Shown: positions 29,009 to 38,104 of the stretch, piece by piece | How the letters are laid out: every line of letters begins with the position of its first letter | Position numbering within the stretch: position 1 is the stretch's first letter | From: Candidatus Heimdallarchaeota archaeon | GTDB lineage: Archaea; Asgardarchaeota; Heimdallarchaeia; Heimdallarchaeales; Heimdallarchaeaceae | Length of the DNA: 64,000 nt | Assembly (NCBI GenBank): GCA_018238545.1 | Contig: JABCTC010000009.1 | Location: 30,709 to 94,708 of the forward strand | Direction: 5' to 3' | Program-made: the position numbers and the translations under genes | Notes under the pieces: model-generated | The model's database searches: none | What the model saw: only the letters and a program-made list of their open reading frames with translations | Told to the model about the DNA's origin: nothing

Positions 29009-30295
29009 ATGGCAGAAAAAACAATTAGTGTTGACGTTATTTCCCGAGTAGAAGGTGACGGAGGAATTCAAGTTTTTACTAAAGATGGCAAAGTGGATAA
29101 AGTCCTTGTTGATATCTTTGAAGGACCACGTATGATTGAAGCTCTTGTTAGAGGTAAAACATACACAGAAAATCTTTCCTTAGTCTCTCGTATCTGTGCA
29201 ATTTGTACAGTTTCTCATAGAAATGTTTCAATCAAAGCAATTGAAAAAGCTCTAAAAGTAAAGGTTCCTGAGAAAGTTAAACTACTTAGAGAACTTATGC
29301 ATCTTGCTGAATATGTAGAATCACACATTCTGCATGTTTACTATCTTGCAATACCTGATTTCTTCAAGCAACCATCTGCTATAGCATTATTGCCAACTCA
29401 TGGTGAAACTGTTATTCAAGCAGTTACAATGAAGAAGTATGGTACAGAGTTAATGCAACTTCTTATGGGTAGAAAGATACATGGAGAGAATCCTCAAATT
29501 GGTGGATTTGGACGAATACCTACAAACGAAGAATTAGATAAATTCCTTGAAAACGCTGCTGAATACCAATCCTGGGTATCAGGTATTATTGATCTAATGG
29601 CTACATTACCAATACCAGAATATGGAGTTAGAGATACTACTTTCATGTGTTGTAATCCTGCGGATGGTAAATTTGGTTTTGAGGGTGATACAATTCTTAT
29701 TTCTACAGGAGAGGAATATCCAGTAGAAGATTATAAGAAAATGACAAATGAAAGAGTTGTTCCTCACAGCTATGCTAAACGATCAAAATATCAAGATAAA
29801 CCATTTTCAGTTAGTGCTCTTGCAAGACTTGCTCTAATTGGTGATAGATTAACAGGTGAAGCAAAAGAGAAGTATGACAAATATTTCAACGAAAGCTGGA
29901 AGTTAAATCCGATATATAATAACTTATGTCAGGCAATTGAAGCGCTTTGGGCTTTTGAGCAAATACCAATTCTCATTGAAAAAATCAAAGCTTTACCCGA
30001 TCCAGAAATGGTTGTACCTGAGGTTTTAGATGGTACAGCGACTGCCGCAGTAGAAGCTCCAAGAGGTACTTTATATCATACATATGAAATCAAAGATGGG
30101 AAAATAGTCAATGCAGATATTATTACCCCTACTGCTCAATTCCTAGATGATATTGAAAAATATATTTGGGTAGCTGCGGAGAAGTTATTAGCGGAAGATA
30201 ATCCTGATACAGAACTACATTTAGAGATGATTGCTAGAGCTTATGATCCTTGTATATCATGCAGCTGTCATATGGTAAAATTGGTGAAAGAGTAA
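29009..30295 (+). CDS. hydA: Group 3b hydrogenase alpha (large, Ni-Fe) subunit
   Basis: RVEG, L1 RICAIC, EAPRG, L2 DPCISCSCH plus a short cleavable tail; AGGTGA RBS before ATG 29009. Confidence 0.96.
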   Translation: MAEKTISVDVISRVEGDGGIQVFTKDGKVDKVLVDIFEGPRMIEALVRGKTYTENLSLVSRICAICTVSHRNVSIKAIEKALKVKVPEKVKLLRELMHLAEYVESHILHVYYLAIPDFFKQPSAIALLPTHGETVIQAVTMKKYGTELMQLLMGRKIHGENPQIGGFGRIPTNEELDKFLENAAEYQSWVSGIIDLMATLPIPEYGVRDTTFMCCNPADGKFGFEGDTILISTGEEYPVEDYKKMTNERVVPHSYAKRSKYQDKPFSVSALARLALIGDRLTGEAKEKYDKYFNESWKLNPIYNNLCQAIEALWAFEQIPILIEKIKALPDPEMVVPEVLDGTATAAVEAPRGTLYHTYEIKDGKIVNADIITPTAQFLDDIEKYIWVAAEKLLAEDNPDTELHLEMIARAYDPCISCSCHMVKLVKE

Positions 30296-30760
30296 TTGCC
30301 TATACCCCTCCCTTTTTTTTCTTCTTCAGAAATTGAAAAATACGCCTTTATTTGTCTTGGAAATATCGATAGAGCTGACGATGCTTTTGGAATATTAGTA
30401 GGTGAAAAACTTAAAGAAGAATACCCAGAAAATGTTTTTTCTGAGTTAGACAACGACCTATCTGTTTTTCTATTCGATTTGATTGAAAATAAGCAAGTAC
30501 AGCACGTTTTTCTCATTGATGCCGTAGATTTTCATGGTAAACCTGGTGAAATCATCGTAAAAGACGATTTTGATACAAAAATAACACAAATATCAACTCA
30601 TACTATCCCTTATGAACAAATAAAGAACATCATTGAAGTGAAAGGTAAGAAATTTCATCTTATCGGAGCTCAAGTAAAGGATTTATCTTTTTTGGGTGAG
30701 GTTTCAACAGAGATTCTGGACGCAGTTGAAAAAGTAGTCGAGTTTTTCTTTAATGATTAA
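30296..30760 (+). CDS. hycI: Hydrogenase maturation endopeptidase
   Basis: GNIDRADDAFG, IDAVD, STHTIP; directly after hydA. Confidence 0.88.
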   Translation: MPIPLPFFSSSEIEKYAFICLGNIDRADDAFGILVGEKLKEEYPENVFSELDNDLSVFLFDLIENKQVQHVFLIDAVDFHGKPGEIIVKDDFDTKITQISTHTIPYEQIKNIIEVKGKKFHLIGAQVKDLSFLGEVSTEILDAVEKVVEFFFND

Positions 30761-30795
30761 ACATTTTTATATTACTGAAGATTTTTTGTATTGGT

Positions 30796-32181
30796 TTGCA
30801 ATCAGATAAAAAAAAACGAACTCTCAATATTTTATCATATGCTTCATTAGCAATTTCAGGTGCTATACTCATTAATTTCTTTAATACGAGAATTTACAAT
30901 TTTTATACTGATGAAGTGAAACTAAATATTATTTATATTCCGATTGTTATGACCATCTATGCTATATGGAATGCAGTTAATGATCCATTATTTGGCTGGT
31001 TATCAGATAAAACACGGACTAGATTTGGAAGGAGATTCCCATATATATTATTTGGATTCATACCTCTAACGATAGCTTTTGTAGCTATTTGGTTTATACC
31101 AATATCCTTAGTTGAAAGTCTAAATCAAGTAAAGATTTTTCTATATTTTATTACAACTCTACTTATCTTTGATACTTTATACACAATTGTTATTCTTAAC
31201 TGGCAGACATTGTATGCTGAGAAATTTAAAACAACAAAAGAGAGAAACCTTGTTGCTGCATTGAGACAACTGATAGCTATCGTAGGTGTAATAGTATCAG
31301 TTGTAGTTGGCCCGTTGATTTTTGAATACAACAACCTTGAATCTTATCGTAGAGCCATTTTAATAATCGCAAGTTTTGTTCTTTTAGGTTTTGTTTTATC
31401 TATTTATGGATGCAGAGATAAAGAAATAATGAAAAACATTAAACCTCAAAGTAGGTCATACTTAGCTGAATTGAAAGAAGTTTTGAAAAATAAGAATTAT
31501 ATTGCTTTCCTATTTGCTTTTTGCTTTGCAAATATCGCTTATTTAACTCTTCTAGCCATGGTTCCTTATTTCAATAAATGGATACTAAATCAACCTGCAA
31601 AATTCGAAAGCTACATCTATGGGGCTGGAGTAGTAACTACAGCAATTTTCTTCATTGTTTGGGCAAGAGTGTCATTTAAAAAGGGTCCAAAAGTTGTTTT
31701 TATTACTAGTGCTACACTATTTTCATTAATATTAATACCATTATTCTTCTTTACTAGTGATTTAAGCACAATTGTACTTATGGGAATAATTGGTGCTCCT
31801 TTAGCTGGATTGATGCTTATTCCAGAGATTCTGATTGGAGAAATCATCGATGATGATTTTCACAAATACGGTAAAAACAGAGAAGGTATTTTCTTTGGTT
31901 TTTATGGTTTTGCTGTAAGAATTGCAATGATCTTGGAAGCAGTAGTGATTTCTTTAATACTTGGTTTGACAGGTTACAATGCAAATGCATACAAACAAAC
32001 TGATACAGCAATAATTGGAATTAAACTACTTATTGTAGTAGTACCAATAATTTGTTTTGTTGTTGGTATCATTTTAATGGCAAGTTTCTATGATCTTTCA
32101 AAAAAGAGAATCTTGAGGGAAAAAGCGAAACAATCAGATAAAGAAATTAAGAGTACCATAGTAATTGAAAATTATAAATAA
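30796..32181 (+). CDS. MFS glycoside-pentoside-hexuronide (MelB-like) symporter
   Basis: WNAVNDPLFGWLSDKTRTRFGRRFPY, REGIFFG, about 12 TM. Confidence 0.92.
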   Translation: MQSDKKKRTLNILSYASLAISGAILINFFNTRIYNFYTDEVKLNIIYIPIVMTIYAIWNAVNDPLFGWLSDKTRTRFGRRFPYILFGFIPLTIAFVAIWFIPISLVESLNQVKIFLYFITTLLIFDTLYTIVILNWQTLYAEKFKTTKERNLVAALRQLIAIVGVIVSVVVGPLIFEYNNLESYRRAILIIASFVLLGFVLSIYGCRDKEIMKNIKPQSRSYLAELKEVLKNKNYIAFLFAFCFANIAYLTLLAMVPYFNKWILNQPAKFESYIYGAGVVTTAIFFIVWARVSFKKGPKVVFITSATLFSLILIPLFFFTSDLSTIVLMGIIGAPLAGLMLIPEILIGEIIDDDFHKYGKNREGIFFGFYGFAVRIAMILEAVVISLILGLTGYNANAYKQTDTAIIGIKLLIVVVPIICFVVGIILMASFYDLSKKRILREKAKQSDKEIKSTIVIENYK

Positions 32182-32859
32182 TGTAAGAAATGCTACCCAA
32201 ATGAACAATCTACTTACATCCATCCATGTCATTTTTATTTTTCTGTAATGAGTTCTTTTTTGAATGCCAAACCCTCTGAAATATAGTGATTGAGCTAAGA
32301 ATTCAGATCTATAAATTACCGAAGCAATGAGAATTGCTAATGTTTTTGGTAACCAACGGTAAAAACCTCCTTGAATTTCACCTCTTAATCGTAAAGTGTT
32401 AAATGTGTCTTCAGAATCTTTGGCAATTCGAGGTATTATTACAAGAGCTAAGGAAGGTATCAGAACTACTTTTGAACCTACGTACAGTTTTTCTAAAGAT
32501 CTAGTAAGATCTGATGGGTTGGTGGAGGTAAAGAAAAAGGAAAAACCTATTGCTCCAATAAGGAATCTAGATAGTACTCGAAAACAGAGTATCCATCCTC
32601 CAAAAAGAAAAGTTAAACCACCAAGAATTATAATGACAGGTAGGAGTGACCATAGAATGCTAAGTGCTCCTCTAATATTTCTAAAGATTATATTTTCAAG
32701 AATAACAAATGAAAGGAGAAGTGCAAGAGACCAGTTGATATTAGGTATTAGAAAACCAAATTGTAGTAGAATAATTGTTAACCCAAGCAAAGGATGGATA
32801 TGAAACCTATCTGGTTTGAACAGAAATCCATCATATATTCTTCTCAACATAAAGGACAT
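32134..32859 (-). CDS. ecfT: ECF transporter T component
   Basis: TM helices, TNPSDL, coupling motifs LRG and FRG; downstream of the ECF ATPase. Confidence 0.85.
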   Translation of the reverse strand: MSFMLRRIYDGFLFKPDRFHIHPLLGLTIILLQFGFLIPNINWSLALLLSFVILENIIFRNIRGALSILWSLLPVIIILGGLTFLFGGWILCFRVLSRFLIGAIGFSFFFTSTNPSDLTRSLEKLYVGSKVVLIPSLALVIIPRIAKDSEDTFNTLRLRGEIQGGFYRWLPKTLAILIASVIYRSEFLAQSLYFRGFGIQKRTHYRKIKMTWMDVSRLFIWVAFLTLFIIFNYYGTLNFFI

Positions 32860-34500
32860 CTATCTAACACTCCTTAGAAATTCATTTACTTCATCTGTAT
32901 TTACGAAATGAGGTAATTCTAATTGGAATTGTTCTTCCATCATCTGGACGAAACAAACAATTTGATTTGGAATTAAGTCAGTTTTGTTTTCTAGTTCATA
33001 TAGAACTTTTCTTGGATCGCCGTCTAGACATATTTTACCATCTTGAATAACAATTAATCTATCTAGATCAACAAAAATCCTAGGATCATTAGAAGCCATA
33101 ATAACTGTCTTATTTCTAGCTGTAGCACTTTTAATTAGATTAGAAAGAATCTTTCTTCCCCGTCTATCTAAACCGATGGTTGGTTCATCAATTATGATAA
33201 TATCCTCTGCGAATTGGAATGCGTTCACAATAGCGAACAACCTTCTTTCTCCTTCACTTAAATGATACAGTTTCTTATTCATAAGGTGAGTTAATTTGGT
33301 TTCCTTATACAATGAGTGAATTGTTTTAGGTTCCTTAATAATACGGGATAAATCAAAGTAAGGCGTTGGGCCAATTAAAAACAGTTTAGCATTTTCAGGA
33401 ACTAAAATCACGTGATTTTTGCTTTTCCTTATGCTTTTGACTCGTAAATCATTAAGGTAAATCTCACCGCTTGCAGTTTTATTAATGCCTGAAATGACTT
33501 TCAGAAGAGTAGATTTTCCACTCCCATTAATACCCATCAATCCAATAGATTGACCAGCATACAAAGATAGATCTATGTCTTTCAGAATCATAGCTGTTTT
33601 GGAGTTATATCGAAAGTTAATATTGTCTAATCTAACTGAAACATCATTTTCATCACCTGCAATCTTCTTGTCGTTAGATTTGTTTTGACTCTCAGGTATG
33701 TTTGAAAAAAGAGCTCCACATTTATCAACTGCTTCCTCAATTAATAGTATTTGTTCTTCTGATGAACATTCGAGTGTAGATATTTCCGGAGGATCAATGT
33801 TCTTCAAGATATCAACCGTTTTCTTTGGTAATCCATCTGAAATTATTTTACCTTCATCGAGTATTATCAGTCTATCAGCTTTTTGTAATATGTAATCTAA
33901 TCGGTGTTCAAAAGCTATAACTAAATGACCTTTGTCTGCTATATCTCTTAACAATTCAGTTAGCATAACTTCAGATTTTGAATCAATTCTTGCAATAGGT
34001 TCATCGAGTATTATCAAGGGTGCTTCTGTTACAATCGCAACAGCCAAAGCTACTCGCTGCAACTCTCCAGAACTTAATTCAGTAATTAACCTTTTTTTCA
34101 GGTGTTTTATCTTTAGTAGATCAATAATAGAATCAAGTTTTTTATTAATTTCATTAGCTTCGATTGCAAGATTCTCTAAAACAAACGCTATCTCTTCTTC
34201 AACTAATAAAGATGTAGTAAAATCACTAGGATATTGAGGTACATATCCCAACAATTTAATCAATTTTTTTCTGTCCAAGCCAAATATAGATTCATCGTTA
34301 TATTCTATGATTCCATCAATATCTGCTTTAATGAAATTAGGTATCAAACTCATAAGTACATTTGCTAGAGTGCTTTTTCCACTCCCACTTGGACCAGCAA
34401 TAACAATGAATTCACCAGCTTTTGCATCAATATTTACAGAATTGAGAGCATAACTCTTCTCTGATTGATATTTGACTGATAAATCCCTTATATGGAGCAT
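32860..34500 (-). CDS. ecfA: ECF transporter fused double ATPase
   Basis: GPSGSGKS/LSSGE/LDEP and GINGSGKS/LSEGE/IDEP. Confidence 0.92.
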   Translation of the reverse strand: MLHIRDLSVKYQSEKSYALNSVNIDAKAGEFIVIAGPSGSGKSTLANVLMSLIPNFIKADIDGIIEYNDESIFGLDRKKLIKLLGYVPQYPSDFTTSLLVEEEIAFVLENLAIEANEINKKLDSIIDLLKIKHLKKRLITELSSGELQRVALAVAIVTEAPLIILDEPIARIDSKSEVMLTELLRDIADKGHLVIAFEHRLDYILQKADRLIILDEGKIISDGLPKKTVDILKNIDPPEISTLECSSEEQILLIEEAVDKCGALFSNIPESQNKSNDKKIAGDENDVSVRLDNINFRYNSKTAMILKDIDLSLYAGQSIGLMGINGSGKSTLLKVISGINKTASGEIYLNDLRVKSIRKSKNHVILVPENAKLFLIGPTPYFDLSRIIKEPKTIHSLYKETKLTHLMNKKLYHLSEGERRLFAIVNAFQFAEDIIIIDEPTIGLDRRGRKILSNLIKSATARNKTVIMASNDPRIFVDLDRLIVIQDGKICLDGDPRKVLYELENKTDLIPNQIVCFVQMMEEQFQLELPHFVNTDEVNEFLRSVR

Positions 34501-34533
34501 TATAATCCTCAGTGATTGGTAGATATTAAAAAT

Positions 34534-35382
34534 TTAACTTGACGTTTCTTTTTGTACTTCTTCTTCTGTTACATTTTCATCGTTAATTATATCAGAATGA
34601 ATCACACCTAATTCTCTTAGATATGATACGATGGGAATTGCAATTGCAGCTCCAAATATAACTTGTGCAATATTGAATGGGATTTCAAGAGCAACTAAAG
34701 TTGGATCATAACTAAGAATGTAGATTTCATATAAGTAATAACCTATAACAATTATAATCCCACCTAGACTACAAGAAAGTGCCATTTCGCCTTTTTCTTT
34801 GAGTAGGACAAGTACTAGTATAATTATAGCACTCAGAATAATAGAAAAGATCAGAAATACATAACCTGGAATGTTAATTGAAAATTCTCCTGCATTATAA
34901 AATGAGAAGCCAATGGTAAATGTTTGAGTAGTTAGAAATGCAGAAAAACCAATTAAGAATGAGCACACTATTCCGATAAATACATACTTTAGCCAATCAT
35001 AAACTCTTCTGCTATAATGGAATAGAAGTCCAACCACAAAACCTTCAAGAAACTTTAGTATTGCCGTTGCTGGAGCAAAATGGCCAAATCCTAAAGCTAA
35101 ATCTGCCATTGAAGCACCTAATCCTCCTGCAATTGCCCCAGTTATTGGACCACCAATCAATGCAGCCAAATAAACAAAAGCTTCTCCTATGTTAAAAAAT
35201 CCATTTGAAGCTGGAATGTAAATGAAGAAAATTGATGTAGATAGGAATACCAGCGCTGTAAAAGATACAATCAATGCAATCCCACGTATAGAAGAGACTT
35301 CTTTTAGAATTTTATTTTTTAATAAATTATCTTGATTAGACAGATTTGTTTCTTGATTAAGGCTATCTTCATTTATACTCAC
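34534..35382 (-). CDS. ECF transporter S component, HmpT/PdxU2-like (vitamin B6 candidate)
   Basis: GFFNIGEAFVYLAAL..GAIAGGLGASMADL..APATAILK and EIPFNIAQV; GGTGAG RBS; substrate is an inference. Confidence 0.85.
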   Translation of the reverse strand: MSINEDSLNQETNLSNQDNLLKNKILKEVSSIRGIALIVSFTALVFLSTSIFFIYIPASNGFFNIGEAFVYLAALIGGPITGAIAGGLGASMADLALGFGHFAPATAILKFLEGFVVGLLFHYSRRVYDWLKYVFIGIVCSFLIGFSAFLTTQTFTIGFSFYNAGEFSINIPGYVFLIFSIILSAIIILVLVLLKEKGEMALSCSLGGIIIVIGYYLYEIYILSYDPTLVALEIPFNIAQVIFGAAIAIPIVSYLRELGVIHSDIINDENVTEEEVQKETSS

Positions 35383-35400
35383 AGTCTCACCAGCAGAAAT

Positions 35401-35440
35401 ATATTCAAGTTACAACTTGTATATTCCTATAAAACCTTTT
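35401..35440 (-). promoter_or_regulatory. ECF operon promoter (AAAAGG-TTTTATA) followed by a 24-bp operator palindrome
   Basis: ATATTCAAGTT-AC-AACTTGTATAT at 35401-35424 (10 of 11 pairs); BRE/TATA-like element on the minus strand at 35428-35440. Confidence 0.75.
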
Positions 35441-35579
35441 AGGTGGATATTTGAGGAAAAGAGAAGAAGAGAGAGTCATGATTTTCTAATTTTTGTACTG
35501 ATGAGAAAATACTTTCCTTACTTTAATTTATTAAAGGATAACCTATTCATATATCTGAAAAAAGATAGTATTGAGTATT

Positions 35580-35924
35580 ATGAAAAATAAGAAACTACTC
35601 ACTGGTATTAGTTTTCTAGTACTACTAGTTTTAGCTACACAGATTTCAATGATTGGATATGCTGATGAAACAGTAATTGTAAGAGATTTTGATAGAGATC
35701 GAGAACAATATCAAGATGGTACATGTGAAGATCCTAACGAAAATAATTACAATAGTACAATTATCCCTCCTGAAACAAGTAATGGTAATGATACATGTAT
35801 CCCCCCTGGAGACGGAGATCAGATAAGAGAAAGAGATCGCATTAGGGATCAACTTCAAGATGGAACCTGTAATTGTACTTGTATTTGTGAACAAGATGGA
35901 GTTAAAGTACAACTTCAGTTATAA
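35580..35924 (+). CDS. Small secreted Cys/Asp/Arg-rich protein with a duplicated RDR..QDGTC motif
   Basis: Signal peptide MKNKKLL..; DRDREQYQDGTC and RDRIRDQLQDGTCNCTCIC. Confidence 0.75.
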   Translation: MKNKKLLTGISFLVLLVLATQISMIGYADETVIVRDFDRDREQYQDGTCEDPNENNYNSTIIPPETSNGNDTCIPPGDGDQIRERDRIRDQLQDGTCNCTCICEQDGVKVQLQL

Positions 35925-35986
35925 GATGGAAGTTGCTAATTGTAAAACAAATAATCCAATTATTTTTTCTTTTATTGTTTCTTAAA

Positions 35987-37330
35987 TCAAAGATAATCTA
36001 TCAGATTTCTCATATTATCCAAAGTGTCTAGACCTTTTCTTGTTAATTCAAAATGTTTTCTTCTAGCTTCCTTCTCGCTGGGAGAAATCAACCCCTTTTC
36101 TTCTAATTCTGTTAGGTGCTGATAGATTGATTGTAGAGATTGATTTTTACCTAAAGAAATCCAAATGGAATAGCCATAATCAGCTTTTTTACCAGCTATA
36201 AGATTGAGAATTTCAAACTTTGTAGTTGAGCTTTCCGATAATCCCCAAACAACCTTCTTCTTTCCTCTTAATCTAGCAGCGTAAACATTTAGTGTACTTA
36301 ATCCAGATCCTGACAAGATTGCAATACTAGATTTTGAATCTATTAACCCTTCTTTAATGAGATTTTTAGCAGCAACTAATACTGAGGCTGAGGCTGGTTC
36401 AATAAACAAACCTTCCTTTTTAGCTAAAATCATAGCTTCATCTAGCATAGACTCTGCGTCGATTTCTATCTCTTTCCCTTTTGTTCTTTGAATTATTTTT
36501 TTCACTTCTTCCAAAAGAAATACTTTCGTAATCTCTAGTGATTCTGCTAAATGAGCTACTTTTGTTTTTTCTAATGATACAGCGTAAATTTTTGGATATT
36601 CTGTAATCCACCCTGAAGCAATTGCATCTTCAAAGCCCCTAAAAATGGAATAAATTAAAGATCCTGAACCTCTTGGCACTAGTATACTATCTATTGTGTC
36701 TTTCTGTAAGACTAGTTCTAGACCAATTGTTTTCTGGCCTTCAATAGTTAGAAGGTTGTTATCTGGAGATGCATGATATGCGTTGTGATTCTCTGCAACT
36801 ACGAACGAATATTCAATAGCAGCTTCAACTGATTCACCTTTTTCAATAATCTGACTTCCATATATTTTGATTTGTTCTATTTTTGAAAGTTCAAGATTTT
36901 GTGGAATAACACTTATAGAGTCGATTTTAGCTTTTGCAGCATAAGCTGCAAGACTAATACTAAAAGCCCCAGTGCTGGCACCAACAATAGTTTGTGATTT
37001 GTTCTGATATGCATCAGAAACTAGTAAAGAGCTTGCTCTATCTCTAAAAGAGCCAGTAGGATTTCTGAAGTCGAGCTTTAAGCTTAAGTCTTGATAATCA
37101 CTTATGTTTTTGACAGGTAATAAGGGAGTATTCCCCTCAAAAAGAGAAATTGGTTTGGAAAAATCTGGAAGAAAAGAATGCAAAGACCACATTGAGGATA
37201 AACTGATACTATTAAGTGACGGTCCACTAATTGGAGGAATAGCAACTAATCCTTTACAGTTTGGACACCGTAATTGTGTATCTTTGAAAGTTTTTCCACA
37301 ATCCTTACATGTCGGTTGATTCTTCCACAT
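35987..37330 (-). CDS. Threonine-synthase-fold PLP protein lacking the catalytic Lys, fused to a C-terminal PadR-like winged helix
   Basis: Zn ribbon CKDC..CPNC, EGNTPL, NPTGSF-R-DR, EGQKT, VPRGSG, EPASA, SGSG; tail YGYSIW..QSIYQHLTELEEKGLI..RRKHFELTRKG. Confidence 0.9.
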   Translation of the reverse strand: MWKNQPTCKDCGKTFKDTQLRCPNCKGLVAIPPISGPSLNSISLSSMWSLHSFLPDFSKPISLFEGNTPLLPVKNISDYQDLSLKLDFRNPTGSFRDRASSLLVSDAYQNKSQTIVGASTGAFSISLAAYAAKAKIDSISVIPQNLELSKIEQIKIYGSQIIEKGESVEAAIEYSFVVAENHNAYHASPDNNLLTIEGQKTIGLELVLQKDTIDSILVPRGSGSLIYSIFRGFEDAIASGWITEYPKIYAVSLEKTKVAHLAESLEITKVFLLEEVKKIIQRTKGKEIEIDAESMLDEAMILAKKEGLFIEPASASVLVAAKNLIKEGLIDSKSSIAILSGSGLSTLNVYAARLRGKKKVVWGLSESSTTKFEILNLIAGKKADYGYSIWISLGKNQSLQSIYQHLTELEEKGLISPSEKEARRKHFELTRKGLDTLDNMRNLIDYL

Positions 37331-37369
37331 TATTACCAACAATTAGTATGATAAAATATAATGTTATTG

Positions 37370-37567
37370 CTATACAGACAATGCCATAGGTTCCTCATTT
37401 TTATCAACTTCAATATCACAAGAACATAACTCATCCATAACTTCTTCAATCTGGAAGGAAAGAGGATCCTCAAATTCAAGAATAAAGTTATTGTTTTGTT
37501 TAGATAAGAAATCTACCAACTTAATCAACAATTGTTTTTCTTTTTGAGATTGAACAACTATCCTCAT
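37370..37567 (-). CDS. Small hypothetical protein, possibly co-transcribed with the PLP-PadR gene
   Basis: 65-aa ATG ORF filling the gap, same strand. Confidence 0.6.
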   Translation of the reverse strand: MRIVVQSQKEKQLLIKLVDFLSKQNNNFILEFEDPLSFQIEEVMDELCSCDIEVDKNEEPMALSV

Positions 37568-37650
37568 AATTTAATATTTTCACAAATATACAAAAAGATT
37601 ACCTTGCCATTTACTTCATACTTATTAATCATGAAGTTTAATATGAATTT

Positions 37651-38100
37651 GTGATTCAAGCTATTTACATTATCTCAAGAAACGGCGTTCCCATCTATTT
37701 TAAGGAGCTTATGGGAGAAGATGAAGATAGTGTAACTAAAGCTACATTATTTACGGGAATTATATCAGCAATTCAGACTGTACTAAGAGAAATATATGCG
37801 GGTGATGCTAATTACTTCACCACAGCAACGCATGAAATATTTCTTGAGGTAACTAATGACTTTGCAGTTGCTCTTGTTACGAAAATTGATAAAGACTCAA
37901 ATAAGCAATCAATGAATAATTTAATGTCAGAAATTATAACTGCAATAACTTTTCAATTTGAAGAAATACCAGAAATTGGTTTCTTAATGGAAGAAGATCA
38001 AAATAGAATAGAGGAAATTGTTGAAAGTAAATTAAATAAATGGGAGAGAAGAGACGAAGAGGGATCAGCAACAAAGAAATTAAAAGATGCATTATGGTGA
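37651..38100 (+). CDS. Longin-like domain protein
   Basis: IQAIYIISRNGVPIY...LFTGIISAIQTVLREI, beta-beta-alpha-beta-beta-beta-alpha pattern. Confidence 0.75.
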   Translation: MIQAIYIISRNGVPIYFKELMGEDEDSVTKATLFTGIISAIQTVLREIYAGDANYFTTATHEIFLEVTNDFAVALVTKIDKDSNKQSMNNLMSEIITAITFQFEEIPEIGFLMEEDQNRIEEIVESKLNKWERRDEEGSATKKLKDALW

Positions 38101-38104
38101 ATAT

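Noticed and set aside
35987-37330. Annotation as thrC (threonine synthase)
   Set aside because: Schiff-base Lys is Arg and a DNA-binding domain is fused
37613-37637. ACTTCAT-N11-ATGAAGT inverted repeat around a TATA-like box
   Set aside because: 7-bp arms with a long spacer are expected by chance in AT-rich DNA
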